Of a DNA stretch of 64,000 nt, positions 1 through 13,525 are shown piece by piece (positions within the stretch are counted from its first letter, which is position 1; every line of letters starts with the position of its first letter). The DNA is from Hormiphora californensis (Eukaryota > Animalia > Ctenophora): assembly GCA_020137815.1 (NCBI GenBank), contig CM035360.1, forward strand, positions 6,882,001 through 6,946,000, written 5' to 3'. Both the position numbers and the translations under genes were made by a program. The notes under the pieces are model-generated. The model worked only from the letters and a program-made list of their open reading frames with translations. It had not been told where the DNA came from and searched no databases.

Positions 1-1600
1 TCCTTTTGATTCTAAAAAGTTTTCTTGAAATTTTTGGTTTTCCACAAGAACTAACCGGACCAGAAAATACCTAGGCTGCATGTGGTTACCAATTTGGGCC
101 CAAAGGGTTTTACCATTCTAAATTTCTTTTTTGGGGAAAGGACCATTTTTTAAGTGTAACCCTTTTTTTTCTCCCCATGTAATTCCCCCCGTTCCAGGGA
201 TTTTTGGGGGGGGCTAGTTTATTTTTTCCTTCCCCCTTTTTTTAAAAAACTTTTGGTTGGGGGAAAACCCCCGCCTTGAAAAGAGTTAAATTTTCCCTTA
301 AATCTATTTAAACGGGTTTGATTTAACACCCCTCGGCCCCACCCCCGGAAATTTCTCCGGAAGGGGTTTTCCCTTTTTCCTTTTTCCTGAAAAAGGGTTT
401 TTTCTGGAGTTTTGGGGCCCCCCTTTGGCAAAGGCTTGGGGCCAAAGAAAATACCCGGTTGTAAAGGGGCTTCCATGGGGCCCCATTTTCCACCTAGGAG
501 GGTCCCATCAGGTTTATTGGGGGCCTTTCCTTATAGGGAAGGGTTTTTCTCCTGTTGGGGAAATTTTGAGTGGAAAGGGCCCCGGGGGGGGTTTTACCCC
601 TTTCTTTAATGGGGTTTTTTCTTTTTCCCCACTAACCAAAATTAAAATCCCCCCCCCCAAACAAAAAGGGCTTTTTCCTCCTTTTCCCCTTTTTCCCTCT
701 TTTTTCCCCTTTTCCGGGGGTCTTGCTTAGGCCCCCTTTTTTTGGGGCCCCCCCCTTTTCGAAAATTTTTTCCCCAACCCCCACTAATTTCCCCAATTTT
801 TACCCTTTTTCCCCCCCCCCCCCCCCCCCCTTTTAACCCTCCCCCTCCCTTCCTTTTTCGCCCCCCAAAAAACCCCCCCTTTTCGGTTTTTCCCCCCCCC
901 TTTTCCCCTCCTTTTTTTTTTTTGTTTCCCCCCCTTGGGAAGGGGGGCCGGGCTTTTCCCCCCGCTTTTCCCCCTGGTCGGTTCCCCCCCCCCCCCCAAA
1001 ATTTCCCTCCCCCCTTTTGGCCAAACCCCCCCCCTTTTTTCCGGGGCCGGCCCCTTTTTAGAAATGGGGGGGTCCCGGGGGGGGGGGGGGGGGGGTTTTC
1101 CCCCTCGGTCCCCCCCCCCGGGGGGTTTTTTTTTTTCCCCCTTTTCCCCCCCGGGCCCCCGGGGTTTTTTTAAAAAAGGGAGAGAAAAAGGGGGGGGGAA
1201 AAAAAATTTAAAATGTGGAAGGGGGAAAGGAAGAAGAAATTTTAGAGAAAATATTTACCCGGGGGGGAAAAGAAAGGGGGGGGGGAGAGGATTTTAACCT
1301 TTTTTTCCTTTTTCCCCTTGGTTCACCAAACTGGATCCGTTAAAAGAGCCCCTTGAGGTACAAATATTTTTTTTCTCACCCCTCCCCTTTTTTTCATTTT
1401 GGGAATTTGCTCAAATTTTCCAGGGCTCGCTTGGGCCCCTTCAAGTTCCCTTTTTCCTTCCTCCCGGGTGTTGCTTGAAAGCCCGGGGGGGGGTTCGGAA
1501 TTGTGGGATTTTTATCTTTTAAAAGTTTTTCCAAAATGGTTTCTCTGCGCTCCCCTTTTCGCCCGATGGTTGGGGTTTCTAGGGTTAGTTGGGCCCCGGT
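1..1600. other. Low-quality, homopolymer-inflated sequence, probably a contig edge or single-read consensus
   Basis: Long runs of C/G/T/A. The adjacent LINE reading frame decays into this tract near 1600. ORFs here are only poly-P/F/G/K. Confidence 0.8.
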
Positions 1601-4600
1601 TTTTCTTCCGATGAAGAAATCTTTAAAACGTTCTCGTCTCCTCTGCAATGAGTAAAGGTCCAACACGCGTAATCTTTCCCAGTAATTGAGAGATGCAAGT
1701 CCATTGATTTTAGCAGTGAAGGACCTCTGCAGAGCTTCGAGACGGCCGATGTCACCAACTGAGGTGAGGAGACCAATAGGAGACACATATTCTAGTTGAG
1801 GCCTCACAAAGGACTTCAGTAGAGTGAGCATCGTATCCTTGTCTCTAGATTCAAATGACCGGAGAATTCTACCAGAAACCTGTTTGGCTTTACCACAGAT
1901 TTCTGTGATGTGATCCTTCCAGTTGAGACCAGTATCCACAGTAACTCCCAGGTCATCTGACCAGTCTCCGTGGATGTAACGATGTGTTCCGTTAGAAAGA
2001 TTGTACGGACATTTCAACTCTTCATTACCACCATGTTGTAATAGCTGTACTTATTAGAGTGTAGCCTCTGCATACTGTTTTCTTTGGCCCACTGCAGTTC
2101 ACTTCTGCCTAAGTCCTCCAGGGAGTAGTTTCCTGTCGCCTCAGTCTGGATTGTTTTGTGAACCTTAGCGTCGTCTGCAAACAAACGAATAGAGGAATGT
2201 TTTAAAAACACTGGCAAGGTCGTCCACATATAGAAGAAAAAGAAGTGGAGCTAGGACCAGTGCCTTGGGCACACCAAGATTTAACCTCTGCTGACGTAGA
2301 CATCGCTCCCTGGACCACCACAGATTGAGATCTGCCGACAAGAGGAAGGATTCTATCCAGTTCAGAAGTTTGCCCCCAATTCTGAACTTGTTGAGTTTTT
2401 CCAGCAGTTTCTGATGGGAAACCTTGTCGAAGGCTTTTGGCCATATCAAGAAGCATCACATCTGCGTTGTAACCCAGCTCCAAATCACCTAGAACTGCAT
2501 CCAGATGTTCCACCAACTGAGTCATGCAGGATCTACCATGTCTAAAGCCATGTTGACTCTGGGAGAGGAGGCCATTTCCTTCAATGAATGTAACCATTTC
2601 CTTTCTCACCACTCGCTCGAACAGTTTGGCCAGGTGTGATGTTAAGGACACGGGGCGTTAGTTCGAGGGTTGGCCTCTATCCCCCTTCTTGTAAATAGGA
2701 ACAATGGTCTGGTGCTTGAATATCTCCGCAACTTGACCAGAGTTAAATCCCCTCTGCCAGAGATCAGCTAGAACGGGGGCTAGGAGTTGAGAGCACTCCT
2801 TCAGGACAACAACGGGGAACTTGTCAGGCCCCGGAGCAGAGGATATGTCCATTTCACCAATAGCTTCAATGATTGCCTGGGCAGAAATAGATATATCATT
2901 GAGAGCTTTTAGCGGGCTACCCCTATCGGACAAGGGAGTAGCTGGAACCGGATCAGAAAATACGGCGGTGTACTGGTCTTGCAGTAAGTTGGCCATATCT
3001 ACCGGATCAGAAGTTAGTCCGCCATCAGGTTTCCTTAGCGGGCCTATCCTGCATGAGGAAGGTTTCATCCTGTTGGCGAAAGAGTAGAAAGACTTCGGGT
3101 TTATCTTGATCTTCTCAATAGCCCTCTGTTCAGACTGCCTATCTTCTCTCTCGATACTGGCAGCCATATCAAGTTCAATGTCACCCAGCAAGTTAATCAG
3201 GTAGGAGATTCTGGGGACATCACCAGGGTTAATCGCTTTTACAGCAGTTAACCTGGTTTTGAGCTTCCTCTTTTTTCTCAGAAGAATAACTCTGTCGTGG
3301 GGAATCCTGCGTGAGGGATGCCGGGCCCGGGAGGGTCCCTTAGGAGGAGCATGTCTGCAGCAGATTTCTCCAACAATGTCAATAAAGTTATCCCAAACAA
3401 TGTTTTGATCGTCTGAACCACATCTCGTGACCCAGTCCACCGCATATAGTTCCTCTCGGATAGCGTCCCAGTTAGCCTTATGAAGGTTGACTGAATCAAA
3501 GACAGATCTCACGGTACCACTCTTCTGGTGAGTGGAGACTACAAGGAACCACTTAGGAGGGATAGCGTAACCTTGAGGTTGAGACGAAGAAGAAGAATCA
3601 GCCAGTGTGGAGAGGAGGGTGGCATCAATGGCTGTTATCAGCGACCTGCGGAATTTCAGGTCCCACCTAGCAGGTCCGGTAGGCCCTCTCTTGGAGGGGT
3701 CGAGGCCAGGGATTTCGGATTTACACATTCTCACTGTGACTAGGTCGTGATCAGACAAACTAGTCCCTGTTACCTCTAAACTGTGAACGAGAGCAGCATT
3801 ATTAACCAGGACCAGATCCAGTATATTGTTACTTTTACCTCTCCTAGTTGGTTCCGTAACAACTTGGTCCAGGAATAAATCTTCAGCCAGCTGTACCAGT
3901 AGTTCCGCTGACTGCCTCTCAGATTGAAGAACATTCATACCTGTAGTGACGTCATACTTATTCCAGTCCATGAAGGGGAAGTTGAAGTCACCTGACAAGA
4001 TTATCGGTGGCAGAGGTATGCTTGGCCGCGAACACACGTATCGCAGAGCACAGATTCCGGAAGTGATCAACTGGGCAAGATTTCTCTGGTTCAGAAAAGT
4101 TGGGAGGGGGCCGGTACACTCCAATCACAATAAAGTCAATAGATTCGAGATACAAGATTGCCGCCTCACAGTACGATGAAGAGAAAATAGATTGATCACC
4201 CACCAGAATAGATGATTTGACGTAGACTGCAACCCCGCCCTGGTGACGTCTCACCCTGTCAGCCCTGAAGACATTATAACCAGGGATAGCAACTTCCTGG
4301 TCACCGATTAAAGAGTTAATATGAGTTTCAGTGAATGTCAAAAATGGGATTTCAGCGGGGGACGAGGTTACAAATTCACCCAGCTGCCTGATTTTCAGAC
4401 GGTGGGTGTAGTTGGAGGGGTTACACCCTCTAACATTTAGAAGTAAAAAATCTGCTACTGCCTTCTCCCCCACACTGGACCGTACATTCCCATCATACCC
4501 TGTGTTGAGGTTGAAATTGAGGGTAAAACTGGTAGGCAGGTGGTGGATACTGGTACATCTGCGGGGTGGATGTTGGCTGGCCCTGGTGCCTGGCATTCAC
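1600..4600 (-). mobile_element. Non-LTR retrotransposon (CR1/L2/jockey-like) ORF2 with APE endonuclease and reverse transcriptase, frameshifted; lies in an intron of the Src-like gene
   Basis: APE motifs: LLNVRG, TETH, GYNVFRADR..GGVAVY, GVYRPP, SGDFN, LDLV, SDH. RT motifs: SAPGPD, PIYKKG, RPVSLTS, QHGFR.GRSC, D..KAFDKV, GVP, FADD. C-terminal RPQLEY and L.SLQRRR. Confidence 0.93.
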
Positions 4601-5184
4601 TAAACCGTTCGCGGAGTAAATTTATTCGGTGGGGCCACCTTTTTGGGGTGGTAGCTGGAGAAGGTTTGGTCCCTGGAGGCCTTGGGGCCGAGAAATTGGG
4701 GGAGTTAAGACTGCAGTTCTGGATTGGGTTTAAATTTTTTTCAGTCTGGGGTGAAACGTGAGTTTGGTACTGTGCTTGGGAAGCGGATTTGGACCCAGCG
4801 GTGTTGGAGGCGTGGGAAAGGGAAACGGCTTTATCCGTCGTTTACCCCGGCCGTACGTGGGAGTTCCTCTTAAGGTGGATCCCTTTTTTTTTCCTTGATC
4901 GTCCGACATTGTAATGCCCATTTTTCCTTGTGAAAAACCTGGGTAGTTTGGTGGGCCTTTTAAAGGGGATGATTTCAATAAATCCTATACAATAGGTTCT
5001 TGATCGAACCCATTTGGAAATGGGGACAAGTAGGGAGGGGGGGAGAGAGGGAACTGATTTAACCTATCCAGAATAAACCGAAAAGAGAGAAGAAGTTTGT
5101 TTGACGCGCCGCGTGTTTTTCCCCGGTCTTCTTTGGGGTCCGTCCGCCCGGCGGGTGTTGAGCCCAGCAATAGTCATTACCTAC

Positions 5185-6043
5185 CTTTACTGACAATGAG
5201 AAGCACCCTTTTCTCGTTTCACTGGGTCGAACCAGGTAACTTCCCTCCACTGACTTTTTCAACATGTTCCCCGACTCCAAACGACCAATGTTGTCAAAGT
5301 ACCACCTGTAGAGGGGGAGCAGGGAGATATAAGACAATTAGTGTAAACTCTCAGTTTATTGGGCTTATCAGGGATTTGACTAATTGAATAATCTAGCAGG
5401 GACTCTTGCCTCCTGTCAAGGAACTGCATTGATTGCACTACTCATATCGAGTAGTTAACTCACGGATACGACTGGAGGGATCCGTGTTTGGCGATGTACG
5501 ATGAAGGGATGTATCCCTCTTGCCCGGTTCCCAAATGTCGGGCCCTGAACCAGTCACTATTGGTCTCTTCCAGAACCTGGAACTCGTCTCCCTAATAAGA
5601 GAGGGGTGTGTGGTTTTAGGTATCCAACGGAATATTAAATGTGTAATTTGTTCTTTTATGCAGTATCTGACAGTGATTTATAAACATCGAGTACCTTTTT
5701 AAATGGCATGGAGTCGGTTGCTGGTAAGTCATACAAAGCAACGTAGTGATTTGCAGGAGTGGGCCGCGGTCCTGATCGATAATCGTTTGCGTTCGCTTGA
5801 GGTTGACCTAAAACATTATGAACTCATGGTACTAAATATCTAACAATACACATGGAATCCACGACAATTTCTTTCAGACAGATTTAAAGGCCTACCATGA
5901 TGCTTCGGATGCCCATTGCTACCATCAATGATCATATCATGGGGCTGTTCCGTGGGTCCACCTGCTGCCTTGTATGCAACCGCTCGAGGCGGATCCGGGC
6001 TGGGATCTCGGGATCCATTCAGACAAGCACAGCAACTGCCCAT
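5185..6043 (-). CDS. Src-like non-receptor tyrosine kinase, 5' exons only (unique region, SH3, start of SH2); remainder not seen
   Basis: Exons 6043-5896, 5807-5695, 5591-5464 and 5305-~5185 have GT-AG sites and join in phase. Protein: MGSCC (myristoyl/palmitoyl-type start), [42 protein letters not shown] (SH3), PWYF..GSYLVRPSE..FSLSV (SH2). The kinase domain is inferred, not observed. Confidence 0.85.
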
Positions 6044-6752
6044 CCCTATAAACAGTCTACCTACAACTGGAATACTATAGAGTCAAGCGAAGTTCGACTT
6101 TCCCTGAACATCATGTAAATGATAAATCATTTGTCAAATAAACAAAGCACAAGCACACCAAATACAACCAACTGTTATTGACCTCGGCCCAAAATTGCAT
6201 AAATATAAATTTAACACTGTGCGGTAGATAATTTAAAGGTGCTAGGATGGGGCGCTGTCATGTCAGATATATGGTGCGGGGTTCGCCCATGGCGAGTGGC
6301 GACGTGAGGCTTGCAAGTTGCAGCGAACCGTCTGCTTTGGTTGCAAAAAACTCGAACTTTGAGTTTGTTGCAGTGCAGTGCACAGAATTGGAAACTGATT
6401 CATTTCTTGCGGAGGCGCGGCGTTCATTTCAAATTGTAGCGCGCAAAAGCAAGCGCGTAATCTTCGCGCCGCGCCTCATCAAATTGTTTTCAAAAGTTCA
6501 GAAAATCCCAACTTTTTTCTCAAGTTTGTTTTCTCAAAAGTCAAAAATCCGAACACGTCCAAGTTTCGAAAAACGCAGCCCGCACTGATGACTGCGTGTG
6601 CTACATTTGTACTTTTTACAAGCTCAAAACTGCTTAAACAAGCTCTAGCAGTTTCCACCGGAGGGCTGTCTCCACTCCCCTAAGCCGGCGGTCGGCGAAG
6701 CAGTTGACATCGGAAGAGGGTGCCAATTTATTCTTTTAGACAGTTTTGTGTT

Positions 6753-6957
6753 AATGGGATGGGGCCACTGGGGGACCTTCAGCGTTCAAGGGTCAAGCTA
6801 GTCTCGCGTGTATTAGCGTGGATTCAGGTATTGAGAAAAACGACGATGATTAAGGTGTTTCAAATATAAAACACTTAAATTGTCGTCGTTTTCTTAAATG
6901 CCTGAGTCCACGCTGATACACGCAAGGTCCCCCAGTATTCCCATGACCCATCCCATT
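6753..6957. mobile_element. Imperfect ~200-bp hairpin, MITE-like
   Basis: aatgggatggg..gggggacctt..gcgtgtattagcgtgga..aaaacgacga pairs with tcgtcgtttt..tccacgctgatacacgc..aaggtccccc..cccatcccatt. Confidence 0.6.
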
Positions 6958-8745
6958 CATCATGATACCAGCTCCTTTCTATTAGCAGTCTATTTTTGTA
7001 AACATTCGCAAATTACTTTGCCGTCGTCTTGTTAGTTAACCGCCTTTCCATCTTCTGACTGTATAATTTCATCTCATACATGATTGATGATACATAAGTG
7101 ATAAGTGACAATAAAATGTATTACGTTCTTCAAACGAAGAACATGCAAGATTCTGGTTTATTCAATCGAAGTACAAATTGATTGACTATATCATATACTT
7201 GTGAGGTTTGAAGAACTAGAGTGTGTTCACTGTTCAGACCTGAGACCGACCTTTGACCTATGTGTGATTTTATACACAGATCAATCATCAATAGCTCAAT
7301 ACTCGATTACCTAAACTTCTTGGGAGGGTATGGAGACTGTGAGTGTGATATAAACAAGGCTGCAAGTTTAGTAGGACAGGGACATTGCTGATTGCCCACC
7401 AACAACCAGGGGGTAACTCCTTGTTAGACTCTGAGCCAGAGCAAGGACTTTTAGTTGTTATTTGTTAAACCGGATGAGTTCAGAGAGGCTGAAGTGGAGT
7501 GGAAGTCCCGACATGATAAGTTGAACTATTTTGAAGATTTGAATAACAGTCATCTTTTGTTAATCAGAAGATTGAAGCTCTAAAAGTCTAGAGTTATTAG
7601 TATTCAATTCAGTTCAGTCCTGAATTAGTGACAACTTAGTACTCACATATTCGGTTGTGGTTTCAAACGGGGCTTGGTGCGAATTCTTGACAAACGGTAC
7701 AGCTGTAGGTATTATGACCTAACAGGGCCAAGGTCCAAACTTAATTAGACCGTTTCAAAACTTGAATGAAAAACCACCGTTTTCAAACAATATGTGCATT
7801 GATATTATTTCCTGTTTTGTAAATTTTGGGACTTGCTACCCAGTAAATATACTATATAGAGAAAATGACCGGTCAAAATGAATAAGATATCATTCAATTT
7901 TACACTACTTACTATTCCGAGAAGCAGAATAAAATCAAATGTGGAAAACGTGTTGTTTGCCCCTCAGACTTTAAGCATCTGCATGACGCATGTAGTTTGT
8001 AATACACTGCTCAGCGGGTGGCATTTTGACCGCTGCTAGGGAATGAGGGGGTGCATACTGCCTTTTGGTAAAAACTAAAACCAAATAACCACTTAATTTA
8101 AATTGTAACAACTCACCTTAACTTGCATGTAGTAATCAAGGTTTCATATGAACCTTGTTCAATGAACAATGTTCATGCATCTGCTTTTATTGGGTACTAT
8201 CCACATTTTGTAGCAAATTTAGCTGTCATCCTAACTGGCTCATTGCTCAATCTGGAAACCTCCTCAATCAGTCACAAAGGACTTCCAGAGGTTCAGCTAG
8301 ATCCCGTGCAGCTAATAATGGGTTGATAATAATGCAGCTAATATTTGGGTTGCTTTGCTAATAACCATGTTTTGCTTTGATTGTGGCCCATTGTTTCTTT
8401 AGAGTAGCACACCCAAACACTTCATTTATTTTATGTTTCCCATTTCGAAACACTCGATCTGGCTGATATTGTTGCCTAGCTCGACCCTCTCTCTTTGGAA
8501 TAAAGGGTTAGAACAAGCAGGTTGTTTATCAAAAGTTTACAGACAAAGGTGGCCGGCGCGTCCCCCGTCCCAATTCCATCTTGACTAGCAAACTTTAACT
8601 TTAACACAATAAAAAGCACACCACTCACGCGCCATTGCGCCGCGCGCTTAAATTTGGTTCATTCGGGGTGTCTCCCCGGCTGTTCATTTTACATGCGATA
8701 TTGTGCAATATAATGTGACTAATAATGATCACCCAATTTAGTGGT

Positions 8746-11700
8746 ATGTCCATGGATTGTGAAGAGCTGGAAGACACAGAGAGGGGCAAGAACAACTCCA
8801 AAGGAAGCAAGAAATCAATCTCGCTGAAACTCAAAAGAGAGGAAGGTTAGTTTTCACTTCCCAGTCTGTTTAGTTTTTTCTGATATCTATCTATCTCAAT
8901 GGGTTGTTTCTATTAATTGTACTTTCAGCATCTCCAAATGGCCAAGAGGAGGTGGTTAGAAGTCGGTCTCCAATTAAAAATCAAGTAGAGACGCTCAATT
9001 GGAACTTCAAGGTAAACTCAATGTCCACTCTACAGTTTCTAGATTTTTCTGTAGCTTTAAAATTTCATTCTTTGTAAAATTATGTTCCTCTTCAGGTGAA
9101 GCTGGCTGGTGAGAAGAAAGGAAACAAAGAGAACCTCCTGAACTTTTGCGAGAACTGCAAACGGCCAATATTAGTTCACGGACGATTGGTATGTCTTCCA
9201 TTGTACTGCTTTTTAACATGGTGTGAATCACTGTGTTGATCCAGCTTTGTTTGTTTATTTAACACACCATTATTCCCTCTTCAGATTCCTTGTAAACATT
9301 TCCTGTGTCTGGGATGTGCCCAGAGTGGGACTAGAGACTGTTTCAAGTAAGTAGGGATATTGTGTCTCAATCATCCCCTGTATAATAGTTCCCCCTTCCT
9401 TAGCACTTCTGACACCACTTCTCTCTCCCCAATATTGTGTCACGTGTTGCCCATATATGATGTTAACACCCCTTCTCTCTCCCCAGATGTGAAACGCCCA
9501 TTAAAGGAATTCAACCCGTTCCCAAGGTCTTCGTATGCGCCCAGGGTGGCACTCGACACAGTGTAACAGGGTGCCGCAAATCGTACCTCAACTTGCACTG
9601 CCTTGATCAACACCAAAAATTAAGGTATAGCAGAGCTGGGAGACACATGTATTGTGTTAGAGGAGAGAACTCTCTGTTGTTATATTGAGTGAACTCTGAA
9701 CATTGTGAACTCTAATGAGTAATGGTAAGAACTGAAGACTGAAGAGTGAACTGATTAGGGAGCCGGGTAAAAACTGTACGACAGACTGTAAATAAAGGGC
9801 AAAACTGTAATGATTTATACCATCTTTTCACTGTTTGTTTGTGTGTGTGTGTGTGTCTGTTGGCAACGACACAGTTTACTCATTCTTCAACGTTCTGCTA
9901 CTACCTAAAGGTTAGTGTGTAGCTAAAGGTTACTAACTCATAGAGGGGGAACTAGTTAGTGTGCCCCGTGTGGTATTAACAAAGGAAATGAGTGGGTTGA
10001 ATAGTGAGGGAGGGAATGGGGAATATTGATAGATGAAAGAGGCAAATCTAATTCTTTAACATTGGATGATAATTGGGGATATTTCTGGATATTTCTGGAA
10101 CTATTTGCTCGAGTCTGTATGACTGATTTAAACCCGGGGGAAGGTGTAGGTAGTAGGCTAATTGGACTAGGTGGGACCCCCTCCTCCCCCCGTATTCCAG
10201 GCACGGTGGAGATGAGCACCAGATGGCAATGGAGATAGATAGTGATGGAGAGTTTAGTGTCATCAAACCTGCACCTCCCACCCCTCAACAACAGCAACAA
10301 GCACCACCTGCTGTTCCTGCACAGCAACAGTTGCCACAGCAACAACAACAACAGCCGCAACAGCAACAACAGATGCCGCAACCACCGGTGAGGGAGGGAA
10401 GTGGTTCTGTAATTTCTTGTTTTTATTCAATTGTTTTTGAATTATTGATGGTTTTTATGAGTTTTCCTGATTGACAGTATTCCTCGTCTATTTCAGGCCC
10501 AGCCCATGCCACCCCAGTTTGCCCTGCCACTCCAACCGCCAGCTGGCCTCCCTCTCCCTCCCAACCTTCCCCGACCCATGCTCTTCCCACCGCTACAGGT
10601 ATAGCTATCATTCCAGAGCTATTATTAATTACAGCACGGGTATTTTTCAGCATGTATTGGTATATTTTGATTTTTAATAAAGCTACTATCATCAAATTCA
10701 GCACGTTTTCCTCCCCCATTGATCGGGGGGTGTCAGGCAGACACTGTACTTAGTACAGTTCTTATTACAGTTCTTAGTACAGTACTTAGTACAGTACTTA
10801 GTACAGTTCTTAGTACAGTACTTAGTACAGTACTTAGTACAGTGTACTAAACAGTGCCCCTCTCTCTCTCTCTGACTCCCTTTCCCACTACTAGGCCCAA
10901 TCAGTGGCCAATGCTGTTGCTGTCTCCAACCAAGCTCCCGTCCATTTCACGGGGGCCGCTGCATCAGCCCAGGCTACGGCACGGCCCGCTGCCGTTCTTC
11001 TCTTCGCACGGGTACGGGATATATGGGGATACAATATGGGGAATATTTTGTATGAGGATGAAGGGGATGGAAAGGAAGTGGGTTTTAAAATACTCGGGAA
11101 TAGTACACGGGAATGAATGACGGGGGTTGTCGAGAAAAATGCTTACCAGGGTGGATCCATTCTGCCTTCTGGTGATATATTTTCTCCCCTCCATATCTTG
11201 TCAGGGTAGCTTCATAATAGCACACTGACAAGCACACTGATAGGAAAGGGAGAGAAATGTGGGTTTCTTATAAAGCACGACCATCATTTAATGTCGGGTT
11301 ACTGAAAGCTACCCTCCTAATCACTAACTCATCTCCCTGTTTCAGCCTCCGATTGCCGTCTCCTCGATGCCTCTGTTGATGCAACCCACACCCCAGATGT
11401 TACCCATCCCTGGGATGCTCCCCCAGCCCTCCACTATGATGCCCATGCCTCACCCAGGGCAGTTCGGCGCTGCTGCAGCTGCCCAGGCTGCTGCCGTAGC
11501 TGCAGCACAGGCTGCCTTGCAACGATCTGCAGCTGAACAGCAACAACAACAACAACAGATGCCCCTACCTCCCTCCATGCCCATGCCCGAGAGTATGAGG
11601 GATGTACCGGGTCTAAACAACTCCAACACATCCTCTCCCCCTGCTGGTGGTGGAGCCACCAACCAGAGACCCGAGACACCACCTCCACCACCCCCTGCCA

Positions 11701-11978
11701 GGCCGCCCCCTGATGACACTAGATACCAACAGAGACAGCAGGGTAGTGGTTACCATGGTTACCAACAACAACAACAACAACATGGTGGTCACCATCAAAA
11801 TAGGACTTACCCGCAGAGACAGGAAGAAAGGACTACTTACCAGAGACAAGAGGAAAGGACAACATACCAACCTAGACAGGAGGTTGATCTGGGCCCTCCT
11901 AGGGACCCAAGAAAGGCAGCTATGTTGAATAATAGTGTGCCCCCTCCTCCTCCCCCTAAAAATGGGAGTATTCGATAA
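8746..11978 (+). CDS. CBLL1: E3 ubiquitin ligase Hakai (RING plus HYB zinc region, Pro/Gln-rich tail), about 9 exons
   Basis: Exons ~8746-8845, 8929-9011, 9096-9188, 9285-9346, 9488-9623, 10201-10387, ~10497-10598, ~10895-11011, 11346-11978. They give [48 protein letters not shown], matching the Hakai pattern (FCxxC..YGRMIPCKHVFC..GCKRTYLS..LQAHINHRH). Confidence 0.88.
10744..10850. repeat. Intronic 12-bp tandem repeat (cagtacttagta)n
   Basis: About 8 near-identical units are directly visible. Confidence 0.9.
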
Positions 11979-12823
11979 GAAGTGATGAGAGAGCTCTCAA
12001 TATGTTTAATTTTCGTACCAACATAATTTATGTTTTATGGACATTTTCCAACCCGTGGATGTTTCTTGTCACAGATCCTCGAAGAGAGTAAAGATTTCTG
12101 TTTTAACATTCCCCTCCTCCCCTCTCTTATAAAGACAACCATATATCCCGCGTTTTTCTATTTTGTTTTCCCGAGTTTTATTGGTTGAAAACGTGTGGGA
12201 AGATGATATGATCTCTGCGTCGTGACTTTCTCTGCCTCCCCCACACGTTTTACACCGGTAACATGCCCCCACCTCTTGTTCCAACCCTCGCTCTTCAAAG
12301 GGCTCTAAACCTTGTTGGGCAATTATATATTGCCAAACAAACCCCCTTTCAGATCTTAAAGAGGAGCGATGGATGACGTGTTTCTAATTCTCCCGTCCTC
12401 TTGAAATGAAGATCTGTAATGGATTACTAATGGATTATCAATGGATTACTAGTTGTAAGTTATCATCTCGACAAACAAAACCATACAAATCAAAAGTAAT
12501 TGAGCTCTTAGACTGTTAAATTCAACGGTGAATTGTAAAATTTACCCCATATTTCCAAGATCTAACTACATTCTCTACCCCAGGTGTTATTTGTTATGGT
12601 GAGGGAACAGAGACCTTGAGAGCACAGAACGTCCTAGAAGATGCAAGACAAGCCAATTTGTATTCGGATTTCGGGGAGATGACGTAGGTTCACGACACAG
12701 CTGTCCCCTCCCCCAGCTGCCCTCGACGGGATACTGATTATTCAGAACACAGAACTCTTTGAACTATCTTTTTTAAATGACATGTGATGGATGTTTATTG
12801 TTTAGAGGCTTCCATTTTCTGAG

Positions 12824-13525
12824 GGGGGGGTTCCCATGGTATACTTTGGTATACTTTGGTATACTTTGGCATATGGAAAATTCCAAAAAAATATGTGGAA
12901 GGTACCAAAGTATACCAAAGTATACCATATCTTTTTAATAGCTTTGCGTACTTTAAAGTGTTAATTTAAAATAATTAAGGCTTTAAAACAGTTTGTATAA
13001 ACTTTCTTAACTCATAAACTTGAGGTTAACTAGGCTGAATTGGCTAATTTCATAGAATCGAGGAAACTTATTTTGCCTATGAAATGATAAGTCACAAAAC
13101 TGGGGTTTGACACATTGGGACTCATTTGAGTGCGATAAAAAACTTTTAAAAAAGTCAAGAAAAAGTTGAAATAGTATTTGGTAAAGTCTCTAAAAATTTT
13201 TCAAAAATTGCCTCAACCGGGAATTGAACCCCTGGCCACTGAGTGGCCAGCCTTGAGCACTAGCCGGGTGATGTAACATACGTAAAAATCAGTTTAATAA
13301 GCTTTATATTACCAATTTAGAACGAAATAAGGATGTAGTTTTACAAATTTAGTCAATTATTTTATCTTATCGCTTAAATTTTACCTTTTTCAAAATTTTT
13401 ATGGTATACTTTGGTATACCTTGGTATATTTTGGTATACTTTGGTATACTTTGGTATATGGAAAATCGCTGAAAAAGTTGTGGAAAGTGCCAAAGTATAC
13501 CAAAGTATACCATGGGAACCCCCCC
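12824..13525. mobile_element. 702-bp non-autonomous DNA transposon (MITE), copy 1
   Basis: TIR GGGGGGGTTCCCATGGTATACTTTGG, subterminal (GGTATACTTT)n arrays and 8-bp TSD tttctgag. A near-identical inverted copy lies at 61393-62094. Confidence 0.93.

Noticed and set aside
219-1400. Poly-Pro/Gly/Phe/Lys ORFs
   Set aside because: They arise from homopolymer-inflated, low-quality sequence.
4600-5170. Possible LINE ORF1 or continuation of the Src-like exons
   Set aside because: The sequence is noisy and no coherent frame or motif can be read.
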